In this document: in pieces, positions 13,701 to 27,589 of the stretch
How the letters are laid out: each line of letters opens with the position of its first letter
How positions within the stretch are numbered: the first letter of the stretch is position 1
From: Haplodiscus bocki
Taxonomy: Eukaryota
NCBI GenBank assembly: GCA_965655095.1
Contig: OZ296659.1
Coordinates: forward strand, 54,684,001-54,748,000
Direction of reading: 5' to 3'
Length of the DNA: 64,000 nucleotides
Position numbers and translations under genes: made by a program
The notes under the pieces: generated by a model
Told to the model about the DNA's origin: nothing
The model's input: only the letters and a program-made list of their open reading frames with translations
Databases searched by the model: none

Positions 13701-14974
13701 GTCAATGCCTTAATTCTATTTTCGAGAGAATCTTAGTTTTCTGTCGTTTTGGTCAGGACCGTTGAGAAAATTTCTGAGTTATCTGTACTCAACTCATTAA
13801 ATCCGTCTCTAGAAAAATCTTCTACACAGCAAAAATCCCTGAAAATCAGTTTTTCTTTGCCTTTCAGGCACTATTCATGGCTTGTGGTATCTTCGGGTTC
13901 TTCTAAAAGTTTAGGTTTTATGAAATTGGGCACTGCTCTCTTGAACAATCTAATTACGTGCCTGTTTCGTTCCATTCGGGCAAAAATTCTCCTATTGTCA
14001 TTTTTCTCTCGTTTCCCGATCGAATCTGTCTTGGTCAATTGTACATTCTTGTCAACCGGTGCCACTGGCTGTTCTGCTCGTGTTGGATGAGCGTTCACCT
14101 CTAAATTTTGAAGTTTAACCAATTATTTTGCAGGACACTGTTTTTTGGTTGAATTTCATGTTTTCTAAGATTGTGTGACGAGTTCTCTCAAATTCGGTTT
14201 GAAAAAAATATTTTTTCAATGCTGTGATTGTTAAATCTAAGTCTGCTTTCCTGTTCACTCTTAGTGTGCGGAGAAATTGCAGTGCTATATCTTTCAAATG
14301 AAGTTTCAAGCATCCTACTCGTTGATTTGCTTGGATTCCTGTAGCATCAACTATGCTTCGAAAAAGACACTCGAAGTCAGTCTAATTGTCAGGTGAACTT
14401 ACATATTTTGGAAGAGAAACTGTTGACTGTACGTTAGCTGCCATCTTTACAAAACGAATTGACGTCGTATCGATTCACGAGATTTTTCCGGAAGATGATA
14501 GCCTAAGGAAATGATTTAGTTTCAGAACGTAAGAAGTGAAAATGAAAGAAAAGTAACAACTACTTCCTTATCAACAATTTAGGTCATCAAGCTCTCCCAA
14601 TAAAATGTGTGGTTTCAGGATGAAAGACGAGAACAATTGTTTTGAAAACAATCGGAGCGCAACTATCAATTTACTGCACCTAAGTTAAGCTTCTGAGGTT
14701 AGGATTAGGAATAGGACTAACAGAGAAATAGGAGGGCGGCTTTCTGCCCTCTAGGACTAGTGTAGTTCCCCTTAAGTGTCTGTCCTCTGCTTCAATAGGA
14801 AAAGGCGTCTTCCTCTTTTGATAGGTAGGCCTGTAGTCCATATGCTTTAGGCTGACTTTAGTATGACAAGATCGTTCTGTCCTTCTTGTACTGTTCAAAC
14901 TAACGAGTGAATTCAGACGTCTTTTGCAGCTGCTGGCCTTCACTGCGTAGGTCGCCGCACCCGAACTGTCAACA
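7720..14974 (-). mobile_element. Ty3/Gypsy LTR retrotransposon, decayed (5' LTR candidate, gag, protease x2, RT, RNase H, integrase)
   Basis: gag start MAANVQSTVSLPKY at 14444; CCHC-like knuckles at ~13300 and ~12130; protease AIIDTGACANAMP (12686-13024) and a second copy (11319-11828); RT KLGCSLAYHSVQMAN..FNFASRTY (10160-10462); RNase H YCDARYYSSG/AYAPVSFGS (~9700-9810); integrase VCIPKHLRQELL..GGRIG and C-terminal YTQCVHRIRLRPI (~7860). Domain order PR-RT-RH-IN is the Gypsy order. Confidence 0.92.
14606..14974 (-). repeat. Probable 5' LTR of the Gypsy element
   Basis: On the minus strand begins TGTTGACA and ends CCACACA, followed by a TTTTATTGGGAGAGC PBS-like stretch, with the gag ATG ~160 bp downstream. 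No matching 3' LTR seen. Confidence 0.5.
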
Positions 14975-15699
14975 TACCATGTATGTGCATCTACTTCTAA
15001 ATATTCTTAGCCGGAGCGGGTTTTATTGTTCAATTCTTCTTTCAGATTGTTGATGAGAGTAATGGATGCGAGGTCCCGCGATTAGACTTGCAACCAGTAG
15101 CGCCTCAACAGTTTGTCTCAGAAGAGAAAATAGGTTAGTTGAAATAACTTCAATTGAGAACCCGCAATTGATTTTTGTCCTTCAAACGAAAAATCTAAGC
15201 TATTGATAAAGGTCTGATTAATGACAAGAGGGAGTGGTTTATCCTAAATATAGCGCCAAACATTGACTACCCAAAAGTGAAAAGTTTGAATACAATTAGG
15301 AGTTTTTTTGAAGATAAGAGAGGTCAAAGTTTTTTTGGGCAAATTCCTGAGATAAGCCTTTCCTGCCTTAGTGACTTCATAACATGGAATGATACAGTCC
15401 GAATCCATGAATGGTCTACAATATTGTTGCCGTGATACCAAGGATCATTATTAACCGGAATTTCTCAGTCCCTAAGACCGTTTTCGTATTCAAATTGATG
15501 TATTTCGGTGCTAGGAAAACTAAACAGTTCTCAACACTGAAATTCACAACTGTCTCCTATCGCCAGGAGGCAGGTTTGTTTGTATTCGAAACACATTCTG
15601 ATCTAATTGTGTCTCTCATTTTTCCCCAACAATAGGGGGACGCCCAATTTGCTTGACGCCCAATAATTTTACAAGCAAAAACCTTGAAGGCAGAAACCT

Positions 15700-17950
15700 C
15701 TGATATAAAGTTACCGGCGTTGACCTCAGATAGAAGTAGTGAGACAATTTCCAGTTGGGGGACCATAAAATTTGTAACAAAAAAGAACAGATATTGATCG
15801 TTATCTGTTGACCTAATGGCATCATCTAATAACATCCATGTCGACCACTTTATGACTTGCTTGCCATAAACCATGATCAGTTTGTCAGGAAAAAAATCAA
15901 TTTCATATAATTATACTTGTAATAGAAACCTTCTAGTTATTTCAGACCTGAGATCGAGTAATTCCAAAAAACTCCAAATCCATATCATATGCTTCTTCAA
16001 ATATTGGGCAGAGGAGCAGTCAGAAAGTGAAGAGGCGAAAAAACGCAAGCACGCCAAGGAAAAAGCCGGTCAAAAAGTTGCTGGAACAAAAATCCCGATC
16101 AGACCAGGCACTCCAACATATTTATTTAGTTTAGATATTATGGACCATCGATAAAATGATATTAATTCAAGAAAGTTCTCTTTATATCTTTGCTTCCGCT
16201 ACTGGGTAAAGAAACCTAGCTATACCGATCAGATGGCCATCTGTTTCACTAAGCGACTTCAGGTCTGAGTTAGTCGGCAAAGCGTTAGTTTCGCACCAAT
16301 TCAACAATTCACAGAGTACCCTTCTCTCTCCTCCCAGAGCGATCCTCTTTTTCCAACATCAAAATTGCCGGAAGTTCAGGCAGAGAATTCCGAAGGATTC
16401 TCTATGATTTCGTACTGCCGTTCCATCCCATGTAGTCAGTACCTGCCAACTGTTTCTACGAAAATTCGATTGGGTGGAAGGTCCTGAAAATTTCGAGATC
16501 TACCAACAGGAGTTGCTCACAGAAACTTAGAGTTTCTGTCACGGAAAAGGCCATGTTAGAGTTGCCCCGACATCTCCAAAATTAGATCACAGATAACACT
16601 TTTTAGCAACGGGATTGCACAGGAACTGCTTATTCACTTCCATCCAGTAGAAAATGAATCTCCAGGCAATTACTTTGATCGTTAGTCATCTCACTGCCAG
16701 ATTTTTTAAGCTTCACACTTTGATGTAGTATTGTCTTTCAAGTATCATAATTTCGCAATAGTTATCATACAATGTCCAAATAGGTTAGCCCGAGCCATGC
16801 ATGGTGTCAAGCAGCATTATGATCTTTTCATGACTTCAATGCAATATTATTTATATATGGAACAATATTTTAATTGATATAGTTGCCCTGATTCCATGGA
16901 ACAAACATACTGGAGAAAGATGCAGTTTCAGAAAAGCCCCGTATCTTCGAATGTTGAAAAAATTTCGAATCTTGAATAGGCATTTTATCGATATTGAATG
17001 CAAACTCAGCTATTATGGATTTAAAAAATCTTCGCAATTTTTGGCAAGATGATTTGCAGACACTGGAAAGTTTTTCCAAACCCTGCAAAAGCATTGTTCT
17101 GTTCAATAATTATCGACATTAGAGGAGAAACAGCGTTGATGGAAAGAAATAGGAATGGTTTTCTATCGGAAGTACATCGGACTTTTATTGTCGTAACATG
17201 AAAATTTTCGGCATTGCCTTACACTCGCTTTCAAGACCAACATATGCCTCAAAAAACTATTAAATAGTCACTTTGTACACGGTATACACCGAAAAAAAGT
17301 AGTAAAAAGCATTGGATGGACAGGAATGAAGCAATTTTACCGAAATACCGTTCAAACCGTGCTATTAACTTCGTAAGAGATTATTCCTTGTAACTTTCGC
17401 CAAGCTGCTTCCAAGACCCCGAGAAGTCCTTTGAAACCATACAGAAGCGAATTTTTGCTCAGAATTGATCAAGAGCAGAGACAAAACAAGACTTTGGTGG
17501 ACAAGGAATAAGCATTTTTTAATCGATGTAAGGTGTACCTGTGGCTTTTATGGGGTAGTAACAAAAAATTCTTTTTCTTTGTTGTTACAACCATTTTTAG
17601 AACACAGACATCTCTTGAATAAAATCCGAAACAAACAATGGAATGGCCATCCTAGCCTCGATAATACTCAAAGATATGGCAACAAAAATTAACTGAGGGT
17701 AAACAGTCATTTTTTTATCGATAAAGTTGTATATCGGGCTATTAATGGATGCAACAGAAACTTTCCTGTTGTAATTGAAAAATTGTTTTGAGAACACCGG
17801 CAGGTCCTCCAGGACGCTGCAAAATCAAGTGTGCATTTCGATTGGAGAGAGGTTCCAAAACTGGGCATATATAAGCAGTTATCACTGATATAGGCTGTAT
17901 TGGGCCATCTTTGATGTAACTGAAAGTTCTCCATTATTTTCGCAAAAAAA
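15700..17950 (-). mobile_element. Highly decayed non-LTR (LINE) remnant
   Basis: Weak ordered traces on the minus strand: endonuclease-like IMENFQL..W (~17930), QHG-like stretch (~16555), RFAD*L at ~16275 (FADD-like), and VPQLE C-terminal region. Confidence 0.35.
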
Positions 17951-18499
17951 AACTTCAGGGACCCTAGCAGAAATTCTAATCCAATGCAGTAGCCATATTG
18001 TACTCAAGATTCACTGTTATCATTTCCGAAAAAGTGTTGTTGGGCAAAGAAGCGATCGCTTTCAACATTAAAGGGTGCAAATCGGCCGCGGTAAGACAAC
18101 ACGAAAGCAATCCCCTGTTATCTGAGGCAGTTTTCGGAAAAGAAATATACCTCAAGTCATCCTTAATTTGAAGCTATAGTATCAGGAAGAGTTTTGAAAC
18201 CAGAAAATTGCCGGAATCTACGTTTTTCGACCGAGCCGAGGCGGCTGTAACGTCATAAAAGTCAGGGCTTGATTGAAAACGTGCCAGGTTTGATCAAAAA
18301 CGTGCTTCAGAAAACTTGGTGAAAAAAAACGAGAGAACTGGCAACTAATTTTGAGCGATTGGGAATGACAGCTGAATTCGAAAAAAAACCTTCACTTTTC
18401 TCGGAAGTGAAAAATTTACATATTCGAAAGAGAACAGTGGTTAAAAAATTACAATTCATTAAAAACAGCCCATCAACTCTAAGTTCTGACGTCTTTCGA

Positions 18500-18985
18500 C
18501 TTTCATAGAACGGCCGGCTAGCTACTACCGTCATATTTTCCGCCATCCAATTTTGCTGAAGATGCCTTTTAAAAGGATGGAGATGTTTTCTCTCAAAAAA
18601 TAACCATTCTTCACAAAATTTCGAATTTTCCCAACTTTTTTTCAAGAAATGATATCATTTGACACCTATTTTACAGCAAAGTTGTCACTTCTAACGGTTC
18701 TGAAAAAATCAAGTTCTTTTCGAAAAAAGCCAACTATTTCTTCCAAAAAGAACCCAATTTCGTACATCTTGAGGAATCTTTCTATTTCAGTGGCATTTCA
18801 CGGCAAGTTTGCAATAAGTTGGTGATTACAGAATTTCACCTTCAGAATCGTTATTTTCATCATAGTTTTGCCGGACACTAGGACACTATCAATTTGCAAA
18901 AACCCTGAAAAAAGTTCAATTTCAGGGTTTTGAGTGGAAGATTTTCTTTCCATATTATAAATATGGGCGGAAAAAATAAAGTGCT
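18500..18985. repeat. Interspersed non-coding repeat, related to 63612-63780
   Basis: CGGCCGG..TAC(T/C)AC..CATATT..CGCC....TTG.T.AAGATGCCTTTT..TTCTTCA is shared with the copy at ~63612. Confidence 0.55.
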
Positions 18986-19941
18986 CAAAGAAGGAACAAA
19001 TAATATTTGTTGTGACGAAACAACGTGGGCGATTACAACGATGTTCCCGTCACCGCTCGGTGGGATCTGTTACTGCATGGCAGTTTTTCACACGGGCGTT
19101 TTTCCTGTTGAACGAGGTCACTACGTGCCCTCCGTCAACGGAAAAAACTCCCAATAGCTGAACGCTCCAATTTTTCGAAAAGTTTTCATCGACTATTTGG
19201 AAGTTCTTCAGTTGATAATCTATCAGCTTTAAAAAAACAAGGATTGACCAGGTACACGGGTAGGCTAGGTACTGCTTCTACGGTACTGTTTCTACAACGC
19301 CTATCCTGCATCTGCTTTTTAGGTAGGAAAAAAACTTGGCTTTCCGGTAGATAAAGGGTGGCCTCTTCCAGATGGCGTGACTTCTTCAGGTATGCCCCAT
19401 ATCCGATATCCAGAAAGGAATAAGATATAAAGAGTAACTTCAAATGAAACCAGGTCTCAATCTAAGTCTTAGTTCGAGAATCAGATCCGGAAATTCATTT
19501 CATGTTCCAGTTTTTTCTAGATTTTTTCTCGTTTTACTTTAGATCTTATTTCCGTTTTCCTCAGATCTTATTCCATTTTGAAATCTTTTTCCCGTTATTT
19601 CAGACCTTAATTATTCCAGTTTTTTTCAGGAGTTCGCTCCCATTCGAAATAGTAAGCAGTGTGGAACACTTAAGAAATTCGATAGTAGGAGATGGAACTT
19701 GAGTTTGCTGTACTCGAAGTACATGATATTACTGTCAGTGCTGGTTGAAAAGCAGATCAATAGATCTCATTACCAGTCCTCTCCGAGTCTCTGCACTAAA
19801 TAAATACTCCTAATGTTTAATAATACTATACTCGGAGAAATTAACTCTCTATCTCTCTCTTCTGTGGATATCATTCCTGTCTCCCGGAAATGAGAATAAT
19901 ATATAAACAACTCGGGAAGTGTTCAAGTTGCGCTACCGGCA

Positions 19942-20393
19942 TGGCTCAAAATATCAATTGGCGAACCCTTTTGGAAAATTTGATCAAAAGTTTGAATTGT
20001 TTTCCTTAGATTATTTTCCGTTTTTTTAAAATTCCATTCCCATATTTAAAAAAAAATATTCAGGTTTTCCGGACCGTAATCCAGTTTTTTTAGATAACCT
20101 TTAAATCTTAATCTCGTTTTTTTTTGGACATGGCTCTTTTTTTTTCAGCTCTTCCCTCCACTTCTTGGATTGGCTCAAAATATCAATGGGCGAACCCTTT
20201 TGGAAAATTTGATCAAAAGTTTGAATTGTTTTCCTTCGATTATTTTCCGTTTTTTAAGATTCCATTCCCATATTTGAAAAAATATTCAGGTTTTCCAGAC
20301 CCTAATCCAGTTTTTTCAGATAACCTTTAAATCTTAATCTCGTTTTTTTGGACATGGCTCGTTTTTTTCAGCTCTTCCCTCCACTTCTTGGAT
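19942..20393 (+). repeat. Tandem duplication of a ~225-bp unit
   Basis: TGGCTCAAAATATCAAT...CCACTTCTTGGAT occurs at 19942-20170 and 20171-20393, near-identical. Confidence 0.95.
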
Positions 20394-21447
20394 TATAAGG
20401 TAAGGTCTAAAAAAGAGTGAGTCTGAAAGTAGAAATTCCGCAAAAACAACAATAGTGTCGGTACCAGTTAAGAAGTATGGGGCGGTAGTAATCAAGATTG
20501 CTAACTAAATGAATCGGATTAAATTTTTTTCATTGGAATCGATCTGCACCTAAACTTCGTTGCTGTGCATACTGTTCGGTTTTGGCATAATAATAATCAT
20601 GATAGTTTTTTGAAGAGTAATTGCAGGCCTGTCGCGGCTGCATTGACGGCAAAAACACAAATGGTTGCTGAAGGAAGCTCAAAACGAAAAGATTCCTACA
20701 GTTTAGTACTCGGAGCTCTAAATCAAAAGGTAATTAGATCTTGAGATGCCGTTACAACTTCCGGCCTCTCGGTACAAAATCTGCAGTAATTCTAGGAGGA
20801 AGCGTGTCGAGTCGCAAATAAGTTGCATGTTCGGAAAGATAGTAATTTAACTTCTAATTTAACTTCGTGACTATCTCACTCCGCATTTTTGAGAACGAGC
20901 TATTGTTAGTTATCCCGCAGGCCTTCGTCTTCGTGCGAAGATTAAGTAACTCTAAACTTTCTGCAGGACAACGCGAACGCGCTAGATTTGCGATGCATAA
21001 ACATTGAGACAAAATGATCATTTTAGCATTGAGGGTCTTGAAATACTGCACCGTGATTTGTATTGACAGTTTGGCCGCGTCTGGGTGAGACGATGCGAAG
21101 TCTATCAAGACTTTTCCATAGAATATACCGAGATTATCTTTGCGTGGGTGCTTCCCCGGTTAAAAAACATTTTCTGCAGAGAGAAGCGCAAAAACCCTGA
21201 GATTCTTTCCCTAGCTTCGAATAATTTTGATGCGCTCGGCACTCCATGATTTCGTTTGAGATACTGCTTTTGACCGTTTACTCTAGATGACTATCCAATA
21301 CGCATTCTTTCTTTCAGTCAGAATGTGTAAAAAAAAGTTGTACACCTTTCACGTGAGAATTACTCAATGCTTGTAATGTTTACTGAAGGTGTCACTAAAG
21401 AAACTCGACTGAAAGTTCGACCGTTTTGGAACCTTTGCATCACGTTA

Positions 21448-21753
<306 letters not shown>

Positions 21754-21954
21754 TCAATGTTTGCATAGGCTGTTTCTACATTTTTTGCACTATAGAAATA
21801 AGCACCTCGAAGACAGAAGTGGTTCAAAACATCAGGCCCACTAAAAATAAATTTCACAACCTTCGCTGTACAATAATCAAGTGACATGTTAAAATTCAGC
21901 ATATGTATACGACAAATTCAAAGACTCGTCATTGCAGCACTTCAAAATGTATCA

Positions 21955-23014
21955 CTACGCAATTACCATCTCTGATCCAATTTTGTGCTGGATCGAACAA
22001 TTGAGAACGGCTGACACAATCCCAAATGATGTTTTTCTCTTTCGGGTGCTAAAAATTCCACTCTTCCATTTCATTTTACTACTCTTGTTACTAAAGAGAC
22101 ACAGAGAATATTCGAATTCGAATGCCGGTAGATCTTTTCCCCATCGATGCCGACACACGGCTGTTAGTCTAACCATTTGCTCAGAATGATTCGCAGAACA
22201 TTTGACCAACTTGCTTCTAACCGAAATTGGAAACAACAAATCGGCAAACCATCAGAAATACCTATTTCAAAAGGCTTTCTTTTCAAAATCTTGAGCCCAG
22301 CGAAAAATCCGATAAGTTGCATCAAAGGCGGTATTCGCGGATTTTTGTGTAAAGAGAAGCAATCTCCAAAAGCAGAGCCTGATTGCAAACCAGGGAAACA
22401 TTTGTCGTACTTTCTTTTTTCAAGTGTAAATCAGAACCATGAGAACTTGATGAGTACGTATTTCAAGTTCCTCGACGAAAGTTTTCAGGTGTAAAGTTCG
22501 GAAAATTCAATTTCAGGAGATCCATTTTTGACAGTTCCAAAAGAACTGACATATTAACGGCAATAGTTCCTTTAGATTCGCTAATTTTGCAGCATTTCCT
22601 ATTTCTTTGTAGTTTTTCAATTCATCCAACTCCGATGCTTTCAAATCGATAGCCTTTCGGAAAAAATTCCAAAACTCCTTCCGAAAAAGCTTTTCTGATA
22701 CTGCTCTATTTTTTTTATCAAAAACTTTCAGAGTCTCCGAATTGAATGTTCATCGTGTTCACATTCAGAGCATTCGTCACATATCATAGCTCCGCATTGT
22801 TTGCACCAAAAAATGCTTTCACTTTTTTCGTGTTTCGAATTCAATTTTTTTGTGTTTCGAGCAAGGAATTTGTGGTTTTTCAGGAGACTCCGTGGACAGC
22901 TCCTGGAATTAATATCGAATTCCATAGAGGGGTTTGATTTCCCCTTGGGATCAATTCGTGATCTACTCGGCATACTGCACACCGCATTTTCCCATTAATT
23001 TCCATGGAAAAAAA
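21955..23014 (-). pseudogene. C-terminal part of RING/B-box/coiled-coil/MATH (TRIM-like) gene
   Basis: End of RING (MEINGKMRCAVCRVDH), B-box (KH...FWCKQCGAMICDECSECEHDEHSIRRL), K/E-rich coiled-coil, then beta-rich MATH-like tail (FEFEYSLCLFSNKSSKMKWKSGIF). Frameshifted. The MATH call is less certain than RING/B-box. Confidence 0.75.
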
Positions 23015-24054
23015 GGATCCACCCCAAAACACCCAAAGTCCCAAAATACCAAAGGCCAAAATAACCAATGTCCCAAAATACCCAAGATTGAAAGAACAAC
23101 ACCAATTATGTAATTAAAAGCGTCTTAACATTAAAAGGACCTGAAATACTGGAATGTTGAAGAATTACTTAATTGATATCTTATTTATGACCGCAATATT
23201 ATTGCTTCTTACGATAAACTTCTATTTGCAATAATAAATAACAGTAGTATATGTTGGGGGGGGGGGGGGGTGTTGCCGCACAACTTCACGGCTCCCTAAA
23301 TTTCATCATAAATTTTATTCAATTTTCGAGCCAGAAAGGTTATTAAAGATGCCAACACATCGATATAGTTATGCTACAGTAAGAACAATGTATACAATTG
23401 GACCATACCAACAATGACTACTGAAGTTTGGCATTATTTCTCAAATAAAATCAGAACATGAAACAGGATAGGCATGGTGGCACAAGTGCTTAAGCCTGCA
23501 GTTCTGACCTCATAGTATCCGAATTCGAGGCCCGATCAAATCACTTGTATTACACTACTATTTTGATGCAATTGTAAAACTAACCAATTTTCTGAGAAAG
23601 CAAGGAGTAAATTACGTTGAAGATAAAAAATTGAAGATATTTTTGTTGCATATAATTGATACACCGACAGCCAACGAAATATGAATCAAAAAGTCCGAAT
23701 CTTTGCCATAAATTACACGAACATTGTCATACGTTCAAGAATTGAGACATCCTAAACAAAAAAGAACACATTCAATGAGAAGGCGTGGGAAATTTTTTAT
23801 ATCTCTAAAAGAGTTGTGAGAGTGTGTGAAAAGTTCAGATAAACTCCCCGATCAAATGTGGCAAAGTGACGGATTTATCACCATTCATTTTCCGCCAAGT
23901 CACTTTCCCAGCTATTTTAACGTTATCAATAGATCAGATTTAATTATAGTAAGGTTATTTTCTTTTAAGTCCACACGAGTTACTTTTTGAACGCATATTG
24001 CCATTAGATATCAATTTCAAAATTTCATAAGGGAAAGAATGCTCTATTGAACGA

Positions 24055-24896
24055 ATGCGCTACCTGATAAACGAAACCGACAAGATACAAACACAAAAAA
24101 TGTGGCACTCAACAGATGAAGAAGTGCTAGAACCAGTTGCCAAAAAAGAATTCAATCGTTTGATGACAACACCTGGTCGAAAGTCTCAAAAAAATCCTCA
24201 AATGGGCAATCGATTTTTCAAACTTGGAGTTTCCAATGGCTCTGCATTTGAGAACTGATCAAGACAGTGACCGTTCAGAAGGACACGGTTGTCATGAATT
24301 CGGGCGAATGCTTGATATTTCAAAGCACTAAATTCCGAAGATCATGGACAAAATAATCAAAAACAACTTCAATTTGACACTGAAAAAAAATGGGACCAGA
24401 CAACAACTACAAAGTTGAATTGTTTCCCACGAGTAGCTCAGGATTACGATGGGAATTTTTGAGACAAACGAAAACGTTATTGACACATGGGACAGCAATA
24501 GAGCTTCATTTGAGAGCAATTAAGCAATCCAACCTTAGGAGTAATATTGACTGCATTTGGGAAAACAGTCAAACGGCAGCATCTATCGAGAGCAGTACAT
24601 TCAACAAGACGGGAGTGCTGAAACAACTCGAGCAGCTAGAAAAATCATCAAGTCAATTCAAGCACGCGGTACCAGACTTAATCAACTTTTTGGCAGAGAA
24701 CAATTACGGGACTTTCACGGTGACAGAACACAGTTCCATTTTGCGAGTTTCTATCGACGTGACGAATGCACAATGGAACTGCGAGGAATGCTTTCAAACA
24801 ATCGATATCAAAGAAACTCAACCACAAAACACCTTTAGTTATATTGACGAAGACACCGTCCTTTATGAGCACTCATTTAACGAAATTTTTGGATAG
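24055..24896 (+). pseudogene. Polinton accessory ORF(s) of unknown function
   Basis: Consecutive + strand ORFs (67 aa and 168 aa) heading the Polinton + strand gene run; no recognised domain. Confidence 0.45.
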
Positions 24897-24916
24897 CAAA
24901 CAGTTGAGTTTGAAGC

Positions 24917-25316
24917 ATGTATCTCAATTGTAGTTTTATTGAGCAAGTAATTCAAACCTTTCAGGAAGCACAATTTTTCCCTAGCAACCCAACGGGCAAA
25001 AACGCTTTTATTGCGGTTGGTATTGTTATTGATCCGAATAAAGACTTGGAACTGATCAACTCTCAGTGTGAATACGGCGGATTGATAGGACCAGAGAATA
25101 GTAAACCAATTTCTCTGCTGATAGGTTTCAAAGTGTTTCGCCTTCACGCCGCATTCCATGATGCTTTTGGTTTCATGAAGCGGCAGTACAACTTAGGACC
25201 AGGCTACGCCTACTCTCTCGGAGAGACAGCCACTTTTTGAAAACAATTGCCTGCTCGGACGCTTTACAGAACTGTCTTATCGGATTCAATTGAAATTTTG
25301 TAGGGCCGAAATTTAA
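24917..25316 (+). pseudogene. Phospholipase A2-like (PLA2X-type) protein of Polinton/adintovirus
   Basis: GGLIGPENS...FRLHAAFHDAFG..GPGY resembles the viral PLA2 GPG Ca-loop and HD catalytic dyad; frameshift near 25235. Confidence 0.6.
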
Positions 25317-25687
25317 AGAAACTTGCCATTCTAACAAAAAGACACCCATATGTCAGTTGCTAACATTCTGAAGCAATCGATCACAACTCTGAAAAAATCG
25401 CAAAACACAAGTTTGCAAATTCAAAACAACTTTCGGAACCAATATAAAATTTACCTCGAAAAATTGTCAACGAATCGTGTGCCTCCCAAAGACACTACAG
25501 GGAAGAGATTTTACTCCACTCACATTCGACGAGCTTCTTCATTTGAAAGAGACATCAAAGATATCTGTTCGACACTGCAGTACAATCACCACTATCTTGC
25601 CCGACACAACTTTTCGATTGACCACCACCCATCAAAATTGCAGTAAAAATGAAATCAAGCAATCGGACACTCCCATCACTGTGACAG

Positions 25688-25951
25688 GTGGTAGCATTAT
25701 CTTCGACAACGCCGAAAACGAAAAACCTCCATGGCAAATTACATGCTGCAGCATTGAGAGACAGTGAGAGATCACTTCTGGTAGTGTTGCTACACTATGG
25801 AATAAAACTGCTGGTTGTGTCGGCCAGCATCGTCTTTCTCTTCTTCAGCAACAACACCTACGAGATCATCAGCAGCATAGCACTAGTTGCCGTCATATTG
25901 GCGTGCTTTGGGTATATCATACTTTTGCCAAGGCAGGGAACAAAATCATGA
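25688..25951 (+). pseudogene. Small two-TM membrane protein upstream of the ATPase
   Basis: Two hydrophobic stretches (LLVVLLHYGIKLLVVSASIVFLFF; IISSIALVAVILACFGYIILL); the stop overlaps the ATPase ATG (ATGA). Confidence 0.45.
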
Positions 25952-26625
25952 GCCCCGATCCCCATTGTTCCATGATGGCGGTGGGGCGCTCCGGCTCGGG
26001 CAAGACTAATATGGTCTCCCAATTACTGAAGTAACATCCCGAAATTTTTAGACTAAACTTTGAACACTTTGTGTATTTCTACAATCACTTTCAGCCAGTG
26101 TACCAAGATGTGCAAATAGCCGTAGGCGCTGAAGCGTTTCAGCTTTATCAAGGAGTTGACAGGCTCATCCTAGACAAATTCACAGCAACCAACAAACAAA
26201 CTCTCTTGATATTCGACGATGTTTTTCAAGACAGTTGTGGCTCGAAGAAATTTCTGAATCTAGCTATATCTGGACGTCATTAAAACTACACTTGTTAGTT
26301 CCTAAGCACAACTTATATCAAGTCACCAAACTCTAAAACGATAGACATGAACGTATCACAAATGCTACTACTTCGCAACCCAAGGGACACTACCCAAGTT
26401 GATTGTTTGAGGCGACAACTGGGATGTCGCGAATTATTGCCCAGTGCATATAAAAGAGCAACACAAGGGCAGTTTGGTCATTTGCTCACTGATCTAAATC
26501 CACGCTTGAACGAGCACCAACGTCTATCTTCAAACATACTCTCCAAACCAGCCATTTTCTATTGTAGCTCCAGCGATAAAGTGATACCTATAAATTATTC
26601 CTTCACAGCAATAAGTTATAAATGA
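25948..26625 (+). pseudogene. A32/FtsK-like genome-packaging ATPase
   Basis: Walker A AVGRSGSGKT, Walker B LLIFDD, SGRH motif, LLRNPRD..QV..L.RQL; internal stops. Confidence 0.9.
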
Positions 26626-27470
26626 AACCTTTTCATATTTCAAACCTATGCTAAAGAAACATTTTATTTTGCGTTGCAGTGATGACATAATTAAAATGTT
26701 CTAGAACTGCATAGGCAACATTTAAGAAAGTCTAATCGGACTGGAAAACGTTAACTTAAAGTCATTAAAGAAGAACAAACTTCTTATTGAGAAGCTTTGT
26801 TCGACCAGAATCAAGTTGAGTCTCAAAAGACAATAACTCGCCTCAAAACAAGAAACCAGTCTGTTGCGTCTGCTGAATAGTTCAATCTTGCGATACCTGA
26901 AGCTGCAATGCTATGAACAACAAAACAGCAAGAGGTTTGTACTTGTTCCCGCCGAATTATAATACACCCAAGATCAACGATTCACACACATTCCACAAAC
27001 CTTTGGAAAAGGAAAGGATTAGGCTATGTGAGCAGCAGCTGAAGCAAGAAATAGTCGGAGCAGACGAAACTGTGCAAGAGACAACATTGGAAGCAACACA
27101 TAAAACAACCCTAGTCAATGTCCTCGATAGCCAGAAGTCGACAAGTGAAACGCAACACACAAGTTCAGGATCAATTAGCATAAACACAAAAATACAATCG
27201 GTCATCACCAAACTGATTGAATTGGGTCTAAGCAGCAGCAAGTTGGAGCGATCGCGAATCATAATACAAGCAATTTTCAAAAATTCAAAAGTCTCACTCA
27301 ATGAGCAGCTGGATATACTGTTGGAGGGCAGTGCAACTCAAGAGAACCTCCAAACGTTTCTGAGTAACCTACAAGTACCAAGGAAGAAACTAAGCGAAAA
27401 AATTTTGTGATCACTGCAAGTTAGCACGCATATAGTAGCAAACGTCAAAGGAAAAGATGTCGCTTAGCAG
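26622..27470 (+). pseudogene. Two Polinton ORFs of unknown function between ATPase and integrase
   Basis: CSDDIIKMFL.CIGNI-type small ORF followed by the 165-aa ORF 26913-27410; tightly packed and co-oriented. Confidence 0.45.
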
Positions 27471-27589
27471 TTCTCAACAGTCCAATGAACTGATCGTTTC
27501 TGAATGTTGCTTACACTGGCTGGAAGAATGTGTTAGAACACTGTTGGTTCGCGCAGGAGTCTAGATAAATACGGGGCTTCCTCTGAAAT

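Noticed and set aside
15046-15132. Plus-strand exon-like segment (TTTCAG...AG|GTTAGT; IVDESNGCEVPRLDLQPV)
   Set aside because: Single short segment with no recognisable homology or partner exons.
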